Origin: a virus | DNA: 34,644 bases | Direction: 5' to 3' (one strand) | Virus record (IMG/VR): IMGVR_UViG_3300035698_029396 | Location: 1-34,644 of that record | Part shown: piece by piece, positions 15,698 to 24,006 of the stretch | Layout: the number at the start of each line of letters is the position of its first letter | How positions within the stretch are numbered: the first letter of the stretch is position 1 | Program-made: the position numbers and the translations under genes | The notes under the pieces: generated by a model | What the model was told of the DNA's origin: nothing | Databases searched by the model: none | The model's input: the letters and a program-made list of their open reading frames with translations, nothing else

Positions 15698-17947
15698 ATG
15701 CCTTCTGAACGTTTTTTTATTGGTCCTTATGAAACAGGATTGGTTCGTAAAGAGAAACCATGGCTTTATCCAAGTGACGCATTTGAAGTAATAAATAATG
15801 CATATGTCTGGCGTGATAGAGTTAAAAAACGTTTTGGTGGTAGATTATTAAATGGTTCGGTAGATGACAATGTTGCACAGTTATTTTCTCGTTTAAGAGT
15901 TTTGGTAGGTACAACAGCAGTTGATGGATCTTTAGTAGCAACATTAGTTCCTGGAAATATATTTAAACGCGGACAAGCATTTTCAATTGGGGATAATATA
16001 TATTATCTTAACGGAAGTGTAGGATCTGTAGTATTAAATGGAACCTTTGGTGGAACGGGTAGTTTTAATTATGGAACATCTCAAGTTTCATTTGCAGCCC
16101 TTATTGGAAATGCGTCTCAAGATGTATATTTTTATCCAACACTCCCTGTTATGGGATTACGCGTAAGAGAGCGCGCTACTATTAATGATGAACAGCTTAT
16201 TGCATTCGATACACAATTTGCCTATATATATAATGGTACCGCATGGGATAGAATCGAAAATACTTTACCTGGTACTGATGACTTATGGCATAGCTCAAAC
16301 AGTCAGTTTTTTTGGTCGTCAAATTGGCGTGGCAATCTACCAAATGAGCGTTTTTTTTGGGTAACGAATTATGATGCAACAGATGGAGCAGGAAACGCTT
16401 TTGCTAATTATGATGGTATACGTTATTACGATGGTGCAAATTTTGTAAAATTGGATCAAGAATATAATCCTGCTACAACTGATCGAGTAGTAAGTGCCCG
16501 TTGCGTTATTCCTTTTAAAGACAGATTGATCCTTTTAAATACTATAGAAGAAACAAACTCAAGAGCTTCGGTAAACACATTTAGAAACAGAGCACGATGG
16601 TGCCAAAATGGTAACCCTATACAAACTGAAGCTTGGTATAATCCTCCTCAAGTATATGGCCGTGGCGATAGATTAGACGCTCCTACCTCTGAAGCTATTG
16701 TAAGTGCTGAGCTGTTAAAAGATAGACTCATTGTTTACTTTGAACGATCAACATGGGAATTAGTCTATACGGGTAACCAAATACTTCCATTCGTATGGCA
16801 AGAAATAAATATTGAACTGGGAGCAGAATCTACTTTTAGTATTGTTCCCTTTGATAAAGTAGTTTTAGGTGTAGGAGATGTAGGTGTTCATGCTTGTAAT
16901 GGTGCATATGTTGAGCGTATAGATCAAAAGATTCCTAATGAAATATTTGAAATTCGTAATCAAAGTAACGGTCCTGATAGGGTATATGGCGTTCGTGACT
17001 ATTCTCTCGAAATGGTATATTGGACCATTCCTTTTGAAACATCCCCAACAACAACTATATTTCCACGAAAAGTTTTAGTATATAACTATGAAAATAAGTC
17101 TTGGGCTTTTTACGATGATAGTATTACCTGTTTTGGACAGTTTCAATTAGATAATGATGCTACTTGGGCCAATAGTGGTAACCTTACCTGGGATACACTT
17201 GATGCTAAATGGAATACAGGATCTCGACAAAATTTAGCCCGTTCTGTAATAGCAGGCAACCAACAAGGGTTTACATTTATTTGTGATAGTGGCGTAAAAA
17301 CAAATGCGTATGCATTGCAAATAACAGATCTTGTGGTTGATGTTAATAATGGTGTTTTAACTCTTACAATTCCTGAACATAATTTAGAAGCTGGAGATTA
17401 CATACAGTTGAATTATGTAGTAAGTACAGATGGTACACTAGCGGCAGCTGTCAATGGAAAGAATTTTTTAATTGAGACTATAGATAGTGTAGATCTAACT
17501 ATGTTTACTATTTCGGTGCCGGATACTGATATCCCTACTAATGATTATATTGGTGGTGGGGTCATTAGTCGTGTATCACGTATTGAAATACTTACTAAGC
17601 AATATAACTTTTATTTGGATAAAGGATGGAACTTTTCTGTTAATAAAATTGATTTCTTGGTAGATAAAACAGGAACTGGGGCTATTACAGTTGATGTTTT
17701 GCCTTCTTCTGGTAATTTTATAACTGAATCCCAAGTTCTTTCCACAAATCCATATGACCTTGTTCCTTTTGAACAACAACAATCTATGTTATGGCATGTG
17801 GCTTACTTTAATGCTTTTGGAAATTTTTTACAATTTAGAATTAGATTAGATGATAATCAGATGTTAGATACAGATTTAACCGATGTTGATTTTACCCTTA
17901 ATGCTATGGTGATTCATGCTAACAGAACTTCTTTCAGACTTCAGTAA
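15698..17947 (+). CDS. Large tail structural protein (tail tubular B / nozzle-like by size and position)
   Basis: 749 aa. The start codon is adjacent to the previous stop. There is no tape-measure-like gene anywhere, which is consistent with a short-tailed virion. Confidence 0.35.
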   Translation: MPSERFFIGPYETGLVRKEKPWLYPSDAFEVINNAYVWRDRVKKRFGGRLLNGSVDDNVAQLFSRLRVLVGTTAVDGSLVATLVPGNIFKRGQAFSIGDNIYYLNGSVGSVVLNGTFGGTGSFNYGTSQVSFAALIGNASQDVYFYPTLPVMGLRVRERATINDEQLIAFDTQFAYIYNGTAWDRIENTLPGTDDLWHSSNSQFFWSSNWRGNLPNERFFWVTNYDATDGAGNAFANYDGIRYYDGANFVKLDQEYNPATTDRVVSARCVIPFKDRLILLNTIEETNSRASVNTFRNRARWCQNGNPIQTEAWYNPPQVYGRGDRLDAPTSEAIVSAELLKDRLIVYFERSTWELVYTGNQILPFVWQEINIELGAESTFSIVPFDKVVLGVGDVGVHACNGAYVERIDQKIPNEIFEIRNQSNGPDRVYGVRDYSLEMVYWTIPFETSPTTTIFPRKVLVYNYENKSWAFYDDSITCFGQFQLDNDATWANSGNLTWDTLDAKWNTGSRQNLARSVIAGNQQGFTFICDSGVKTNAYALQITDLVVDVNNGVLTLTIPEHNLEAGDYIQLNYVVSTDGTLAAAVNGKNFLIETIDSVDLTMFTISVPDTDIPTNDYIGGGVISRVSRIEILTKQYNFYLDKGWNFSVNKIDFLVDKTGTGAITVDVLPSSGNFITESQVLSTNPYDLVPFEQQQSMLWHVAYFNAFGNFLQFRIRLDDNQMLDTDLTDVDFTLNAMVIHANRTSFRLQ

Positions 17948-18500
17948 ATTATCTTTGTTACTGTGTTTATCTTTATGGACCTTGTATGGATTTGGTGCTG
18001 ATTGTGTAATAAAGATAGATACACGTCCTGCTGACTCTGTTTCTATTGATCATAGATGGATAGATGATCCAGGACCGATTTCTATTTTACCTGGAAGATC
18101 TAACATGCATAAATTAGTATGTACTAAAACAGGTGATATAAGTGATGGTATTATGAATGTATATTTCAGAGGAAATGCTCAATCTATACGAAATGTATTA
18201 CGTCCTTATATATTTAAGCATGTAGATGATATTACCGTTATTGATAGAATGGATATACAAAATGAATTAGCATTATCTTCATCATCCTCTTCTGATAAGC
18301 TGAGTGAAAAAATAGGAAATTTAGTAGCACAAGCGGTTGAAGAAGCTTTAATAGAAGAGCAACGTAAATGCTCGGTACAAGAAGAAAGAGTTCATCAAAG
18401 GGTAACTAAGACACGCGTAGCTTTAATCGCTTCTGTGTCCACTATTGTTACCGCTTTGATTACTGCTGGCGTTACCATTGCTATATCATTCAATACCTAG
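17916..18500 (+). CDS. Secreted or membrane-anchored hypothetical protein
   Basis: N-terminal hydrophobic signal-like segment LSLLLCLSLWTLYGFGA and a C-terminal TM segment ALIASVSTIVTALITAGVTIAISF. It overlaps the upstream gene by 32 nt. Its stop overlaps the stop of the convergent gene (CTAG). Confidence 0.45.
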   Translation: MLTELLSDFSKLSLLLCLSLWTLYGFGADCVIKIDTRPADSVSIDHRWIDDPGPISILPGRSNMHKLVCTKTGDISDGIMNVYFRGNAQSIRNVLRPYIFKHVDDITVIDRMDIQNELALSSSSSSDKLSEKIGNLVAQAVEEALIEEQRKCSVQEERVHQRVTKTRVALIASVSTIVTALITAGVTIAISFNT

Positions 18501-19036
18501 TTTTTTAAATATTCTATAACAACTTGAGATCGTATAAAGTTAGTACGATTTACTCCAGTTATTATTTCTATATCGGTATTTGTAATATCAATAGATATAT
18601 TATTTGATAGTGCTGATGTAGATACATATGGTAATGGTATTCTTCTACCCGAGGGATCTGTTGCAGAACCATATATTCTTGTACTGGTATAAGCTGCCTC
18701 AAAATCTATATTGTGGGGGATCAATTTTGTAGCTGCATTTGGTAATGCTCCCGTATCTATATACATTCTAAATGATTGTCTGAACTGAAAAGTTTTTTGA
18801 TCAGGGCCCGTTTCTGAAAGGAGTGGAGGAAAGAGTTGCCCAGTTACAAACTCACTGGGCACATAGAATCCTGATTCTTTTACATTTAAAACTAAAGCTA
18901 CATTATTAATACCTTGTCTTAATCTTGTTATATAGTCTTTAAATTCTATACTTTGGGGATCCATATTTTCTAAAAACGTTGGATCGTATACTTGGGTTGT
19001 CGGTAAATACGCTCCATATTGTGATTGATCTGCCAT
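18497..19036 (-). CDS. Hypothetical protein at the distal end of the fibre operon (fibre accessory or assembly candidate)
   Basis: 179-aa ORF with a GGAT ribosome-binding site. Last gene of the minus-strand fibre block. Confidence 0.4.
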   Translation of the reverse strand: MADQSQYGAYLPTTQVYDPTFLENMDPQSIEFKDYITRLRQGINNVALVLNVKESGFYVPSEFVTGQLFPPLLSETGPDQKTFQFRQSFRMYIDTGALPNAATKLIPHNIDFEAAYTSTRIYGSATDPSGRRIPLPYVSTSALSNNISIDITNTDIEIITGVNRTNFIRSQVVIEYLKN

Positions 19037-19046
19037 TTTTTATCCT

Positions 19047-20237
19047 TTAATTAACAAAATATCCACCGGACATAAAAAGACCTCTTCCCCAAGGAAAAAA
19101 AACAGATGGCATTGGGGCTGGCCCATTTAAACGCGTAGTAAAAAAAAGTCCTGTCGTTCCCGTTATTCTACAAAATGCTTCAGAAGCTGCACCTGTGTCT
19201 GTTTTCTGTACGGGAACATTTGAAGAGATAGACCCACTATTAAAAGGAAGATTAGTAATTGTAACTATGTTGCCTAGCCTCGTTGAAGGAATAATAGAAA
19301 ATCTAATACTTATATTTATCCACACAAAGCTACCAATGCGTATATATTGGCCAACTCTAGAAGATATTTTAAAAGGTCTACTTGCAGGGGGTGTTATTAC
19401 TATATTTGGAACAAAGGTTCCTTCTTCATATCCTCCTGTAGAAGGTGAAGATATAGTTATAGACCCAGCTCCATTAATAATATTAATATTTGAACCAGCT
19501 GTTAAATTATTTATTAAAGGTGTATTGCCAGTCCTTCCTATAGCTATTTCTCCATTATTTTGAACTCCAAGAGCCTGAATTGCGTTATTATTGTTTCCAA
19601 GAAGTATAGATTTATCGGTTAAAGCTGATTTTGTTCCGAGCGGTTCCCAACTTGGAGCAGAGCCTGTATTTCCTATTAAAGTATAGCCTTTAGCAGCTTC
19701 AGGTAATGCTTTTATATTACCTACGCTTCCTCCTATCAAAAGTTTATTATCAGTTGAAAAAGAAAACATAATATCGGATTCGTTTGTATCTTTTTGGTTG
19801 ATTACTTGTAAAGGGGAAGTGGCTGAGAAACGTATAGTATTGTCATCAGGAACTGCACTACTTATATCACAGTCAAATTGTGTAACGTAGTCTCCAGTAT
19901 CATTAATATTTAATTCACTTAAGCCAGCATCTCCCGTTACTAATAAAGGAGATATGCCTAATATATTTATATTTTGTGCAGTTGGCTCTATTGCAATATT
20001 AAACTGATCACTTAAAGTTTCAAGTCCAGATACGTCTATTAAAAGTTCTTTCCAAGTAGCTATATTATCTTCTTTGTTTATAAGTATAAAAATTTTTTTA
20101 TTTTGTATATTTATCCATAAAGTACCAAGTTGGAAATTTAAAAAATCACTTAAAGGATCTTTTTTTTGTATAACTAATGGAACGAGATTCTCGTTGTTTA
20201 TTCCAAGATATAAGTTAGCATCTTGTGCATTATTCAT
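19047..20237 (-). CDS. Tail fibre protein, paralog 1
   Basis: Carries the shared N-terminal module (LYLGINNE..VPLVI....P......LGTLWIN......FILI......ATWKEL). Also has the central motif NGEIAIGRTGNTPLINNLTAGSNINIINGAGSITIS and the C-terminal GTFVPNI...YIRIGSFVWINISI domain. Confidence 0.7.
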   Translation of the reverse strand: MNNAQDANLYLGINNENLVPLVIQKKDPLSDFLNFQLGTLWINIQNKKIFILINKEDNIATWKELLIDVSGLETLSDQFNIAIEPTAQNINILGISPLLVTGDAGLSELNINDTGDYVTQFDCDISSAVPDDNTIRFSATSPLQVINQKDTNESDIMFSFSTDNKLLIGGSVGNIKALPEAAKGYTLIGNTGSAPSWEPLGTKSALTDKSILLGNNNNAIQALGVQNNGEIAIGRTGNTPLINNLTAGSNINIINGAGSITISSPSTGGYEEGTFVPNIVITPPASRPFKISSRVGQYIRIGSFVWINISIRFSIIPSTRLGNIVTITNLPFNSGSISSNVPVQKTDTGAASEAFCRITGTTGLFFTTRLNGPAPMPSVFFPWGRGLFMSGGYFVN

Positions 20238-20244
20238 TTTTATC

Positions 20245-21471
20245 CTAAGTAGTTAAATATGTTCCTGTTAATTGTATTATGGATCCGGGGCTTCCAAAAT
20301 CAGAAAAACGCATTCGTGTTCCAGGCAATGTTATTGAAGTTTTGTTATAATATAACTCACCTGTAGTTCCATTAAATTCAATGGCACCAGTTCCTTTTGC
20401 AATATAGGCATTAAGTCCATTGCCTGTAAAAGTATTTCGCACTACTAGATGTAGTCGGCATATGTCGGCGGTTGCAGCATATGGGAAATTAATAATTGAT
20501 GCTGAAGACCCAGATATAGAAGTGCCGGTAGTTGCGGTAACCAGTGTAACGGTTACAAATACGGTGTTTCCTATTTTTACAAAATGTCCGCTTTGAGTTG
20601 AATAAGTAGCAGCAGTTGTTTCTCCAGTAAAAAATAAAGAAGGAGTAAAGGGTCCTTCATCATAATCTAAGGTGTTACTAGCTGAAATTGTAACACTTCC
20701 TACGCCATTTAAAATAGTTATACCTGTACCAGCTGTTAAAAAAGTGGGAACAGGTATATCACTTTCCCGTCCCATTAGTACTTGACCATTAGCCAGCTCA
20801 GAAGTAGCTTCTACTTGATTATTATTAAAATAGAGGATGCCATTATTTGTTAATCCTGAATTAGTTCCTAGGCTATTGAAAAAGGGATTTGCTCCTGTGT
20901 TGCTTATTGCTACTTCTCCATCAATTCCAACGGGAATAGAAAAAAAACTTCCGCTATTACTTCCAACCAATAAGGCATTTTCTGTATTTCCTGATATAGA
21001 AAAATTAACAACATTGGTACTTCCTATAGTTAAAAAATTATTACCTCCTATAAAGTCTATAATATGCGCATTTGCTTTTGCTGTTCCAATATTTCCTTGA
21101 AAAGTTATATCGGTAGTTCCATTGTTACTTATAGAAATTGTACTCGTATCTTCATTACCTAATGTTGTTATAGTTTTTGCTCCTTTTAACTGTATATTTC
21201 CAAACTGTTGCCCTATTTGGCCTCCACTATTTCCTGTTATAGTTTCAAATGTTGAAGGCTGTTGTCCTAAAGAAAACCAGGTTGCTTTATTTCCTTTAAG
21301 TTTAATAAGAATATATAAATCTTCATTTGGTGCATCTAACCAAAAACTTCCAACAGGTTGATCTATATTGTCTTCAGTAGGAGCAGTATTTAATATAAAA
21401 AGAGGAGCAGGTTTTTCATTAGAAATGCCAAGATATGATAAATTAGAATTATTCGATAACTTTGTTTTCAT
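20245..21471 (-). CDS. Tail fibre protein, paralog 2
   Basis: Same three-part architecture: LSYLGISNE...VGSFWLD...LYILIK...ATWFSL; NGQVLMGRESDIPVPTFLTAGTGITILNGVGSVTIS; GPFTPSL...FVKIGNTVFVTVTL. Confidence 0.7.
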   Translation of the reverse strand: MKTKLSNNSNLSYLGISNEKPAPLFILNTAPTEDNIDQPVGSFWLDAPNEDLYILIKLKGNKATWFSLGQQPSTFETITGNSGGQIGQQFGNIQLKGAKTITTLGNEDTSTISISNNGTTDITFQGNIGTAKANAHIIDFIGGNNFLTIGSTNVVNFSISGNTENALLVGSNSGSFFSIPVGIDGEVAISNTGANPFFNSLGTNSGLTNNGILYFNNNQVEATSELANGQVLMGRESDIPVPTFLTAGTGITILNGVGSVTISASNTLDYDEGPFTPSLFFTGETTAATYSTQSGHFVKIGNTVFVTVTLVTATTGTSISGSSASIINFPYAATADICRLHLVVRNTFTGNGLNAYIAKGTGAIEFNGTTGELYYNKTSITLPGTRMRFSDFGSPGSIIQLTGTYLTT

Positions 21472-21480
21472 TTTTACTCC

Positions 21481-22716
21481 TTAAAAACCGTTAGTTGTAT
21501 AGAAGTCTGCTATCCAAATAGTTGATCCAATATCATACCTATTAGTTGGCATTGAAGTTCCAGTTTGCAACATGGTGATTTCGCCTCCATTTTGACCAGG
21601 AAATACTCTTAATGTTCCTTCTCCTCCTGGATTAGTGTTATTAAAAGAAGAAGAAGGATTTATATCAAATCTTAATCTCATATATAGGTTTTGAGTTGGA
21701 AATGATGACAAAAAAGGAAATCCACGTAATTGGCTTACAAAGGAACTGCTTTTTACCAAATTTGGCCCTATGGTTATAACTGCTTGTAAGAAAACTAAAT
21801 TTCCTATGCGTGTATATACTCCTGAAGAAGGTAAAGAGATAGGATTAACTCTAGCAGTTTGTGTAAGTATTGGAGTCCATGATCCAGTTTCAAAATTTAT
21901 TGTATTATTATCAGTTTTACTGATGGTTATATTTACACCATCTTCTTCTATTTTTATTCCTTCACCTTCGGTTAAGGTACTCCATACAGGATCATTACCA
22001 GTACTTCCAATTAATAATTGCCCATTGTTTTGAGCTTTTGTACTTTCCCATGCATTATTATTTCTTGATATAACTACTGAATTTTCTATTAAATTTGAAT
22101 TTTTTCCAAGTTTTTCATAAGAAGGAGCTTCATCATTTAAACTAATTAACACGTTCCCTGTAATGCCATTAGGAACAAATGCCAATCCATTTTCTATAGA
22201 TGTGACGATAGTATCATGTTCTGGTATATCAACGACGTCTAGAGTAATAGTATTAGTGTTTGCAGTAGTTTCAATATTAGGAGAATTTCCCAAAAATAAA
22301 AAAACATCTTCAACTGCTTGAGAAACATTTCCAAAGTCGTCTTGAAAAAAAATGGCTACAGATGGTATATAATTTAAGGTCAATGAAGCATTAATATCAT
22401 TTCCTTCAATTTCTAAAACTCCTTGCCCTATAAAAGATATATTAAAAGCATTAGGAGGAACTGAAATTGCATCATTTCCTGTTAATGTAAGAAGTTTCCC
22501 CTGATTTATACCTATTTCTTTCCAATTAGCTTTTTTATTTTCTTTTCCAACTAAAAAGAAAATGTTTTCTTCATTTTTATTGATCCATAATGATCCCATA
22601 GGAAAAAATATATTTTTTGTTGTTGGATTTCTAAGATTTTGTATTACTTCACATGTGTCTATTTGGGGAGAGCCAAGATATGCTAGTGAAGGGATTCCAG
22701 TACGTTTTTTTACCAT
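21481..22716 (-). CDS. Tail fibre protein, paralog 3
   Basis: LAYLGSPQ...MGSLWIN...IFFLVG...ANWKEI; NGQLLIGSTGNDPVWSTLTEGEGIKIEEDGVNITIS; GSWTPIL...YTRIGNLVFLQAVI. Confidence 0.7.
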   Translation of the reverse strand: MVKKRTGIPSLAYLGSPQIDTCEVIQNLRNPTTKNIFFPMGSLWINKNEENIFFLVGKENKKANWKEIGINQGKLLTLTGNDAISVPPNAFNISFIGQGVLEIEGNDINASLTLNYIPSVAIFFQDDFGNVSQAVEDVFLFLGNSPNIETTANTNTITLDVVDIPEHDTIVTSIENGLAFVPNGITGNVLISLNDEAPSYEKLGKNSNLIENSVVISRNNNAWESTKAQNNGQLLIGSTGNDPVWSTLTEGEGIKIEEDGVNITISKTDNNTINFETGSWTPILTQTARVNPISLPSSGVYTRIGNLVFLQAVITIGPNLVKSSSFVSQLRGFPFLSSFPTQNLYMRLRFDINPSSSFNNTNPGGEGTLRVFPGQNGGEITMLQTGTSMPTNRYDIGSTIWIADFYTTNGF

Positions 22717-22867
22717 TTTTACTCTCCGAGTGTTACTCTGCCAATATGGACTCTTCTATATTATCAATAAATATAATTCTTACCTTTACCATTCTTACTC
22801 TCCGAAAATAACGGTAAAGAAAAACGTATATCAAGCAAAGTATTTACCTGATATACGTATAATAAAA

Positions 22868-23074
22868 TTAAGTAATTTGTTTCCAAATAGCTTGATTTGC
22901 TACAGTTGCTATTAAAATGTATGCTTCTTGCCCTAGTTCATCTATCCAAATTTGTCCTGGTTCCTCTCGGTTATTAACTGTTGGAACTCCGTTGCCAAAA
23001 ATAGGACTTGGAAATATTTCTAAAGTAGGCTGGCTGAGTCCATAAGATACATTTAATCTTTGTTTTTTACTCAT
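22868..23074 (-). CDS. Orphan fibre N-terminal module (68 aa); a stand-alone anchor domain or the remnant of a truncated fibre gene
   Basis: VSYGLSQPTLEI...PGQIWIDELGQEAYILIATVANQAIWKQIT aligns with the N-terminal ~65 aa of the fibre paralogs. The ORF then ends. Confidence 0.5.
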   Translation of the reverse strand: MSKKQRLNVSYGLSQPTLEIFPSPIFGNGVPTVNNREEPGQIWIDELGQEAYILIATVANQAIWKQIT

Positions 23075-23110
23075 TATATATCCTTAGTTTTTAAATTATA
23101 CATTCGTGTA

Positions 23111-23791
23111 TTAACCCATAAAGTAACCACTTATACGTGTATCTGATAGTCTTTCACCTCCAGTTGTTGAAGCTCTTATATCAACTATTCTTGTTCCACT
23201 TAAAGCTTGAACTTCTAATTGAACATTTTGACCTGCTACAAGATTTACAACTGTATTACATTGCATATTTATATTCGATAAATTAGATGTACCAACAGCT
23301 ACAGCGTAGAACTCTCCAGCAACAAATTGACGCGGTATAACAGGATTAGAAATTCTATAATAAGTTCTTATTGATTCAAGTCCTGAACTATTAACATCGC
23401 TAAGACTAATTTGAGCATCAAATCTATAGGTGCCATCTTCAGGAGCTGTAAAAATTTGACCATCAAATACATTACTCACATCAATGTTTTGGACTTCAAA
23501 GTTAGGAATAGCAACAGTTCCATCACCAGTAACATCAGATTCATTAGTATCTTTATAATACGAAAATACGTGCTTTAATGTACCACTACTACTAGAAGAT
23601 CCAACAACTTGCCATGTATATACACCCATTTCTTGTTTTATCAGTTGGAAACTTTCTGGGGTATCTATATTTATCCAAAAAGTACCAATCTCTGCATTAT
23701 CTTTAATTGTTGGATTTCTTCGTTTTACAATAGGTCCTTGTGCAAGATCTAATGTCGGATCTGTTAATCCATATGCTTTATTATTAGCCAT
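23111..23791 (-). CDS. Short tail fibre with a C1q/TNF-like globular head
   Basis: Shared N-terminal module (AYGLTDPTLDL...IGTFWINIDTPESFQLIK...YTWQVV). The C-terminal FEVQNIDVSNVFDGQIFTAPEDGTYRFDAQISL closely fits the C1q signature F-x5-G-x-Y-x-F. Confidence 0.55.
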   Translation of the reverse strand: MANNKAYGLTDPTLDLAQGPIVKRRNPTIKDNAEIGTFWINIDTPESFQLIKQEMGVYTWQVVGSSSSSGTLKHVFSYYKDTNESDVTGDGTVAIPNFEVQNIDVSNVFDGQIFTAPEDGTYRFDAQISLSDVNSSGLESIRTYYRISNPVIPRQFVAGEFYAVAVGTSNLSNINMQCNTVVNLVAGQNVQLEVQALSGTRIVDIRASTTGGERLSDTRISGYFMG

Positions 23792-23793
23792 TT

Positions 23794-23997
23794 CTATTCT
23801 CCAAAAAAGTATTCTTCAATGTCATCAAACTTTACAATAGATGTCTTTTCTTCCTCACCTTGTGGACTGGTACTTACCCAATCTAAAGAAACATCTACAT
23901 CAACTTTATCAATAAGTTCTTTAACGGGATTCTGTTTTAAGCATCCTGAACATCCGCTCAGGCAAGAAAGAAAAAAAACTAATGCTACTCTTTTCAT
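23794..23997 (-). CDS. Small lipoprotein
   Basis: MKRVALVFFLSCLSGC carries a signal peptide and an LSGC lipobox. 67 aa with an acidic mature part. Embedded between fibre genes. Confidence 0.65.
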   Translation of the reverse strand: MKRVALVFFLSCLSGCSGCLKQNPVKELIDKVDVDVSLDWVSTSPQGEEEKTSIVKFDDIEEYFFGE

Positions 23998-24006
23998 AAA
24001 ATCTCC

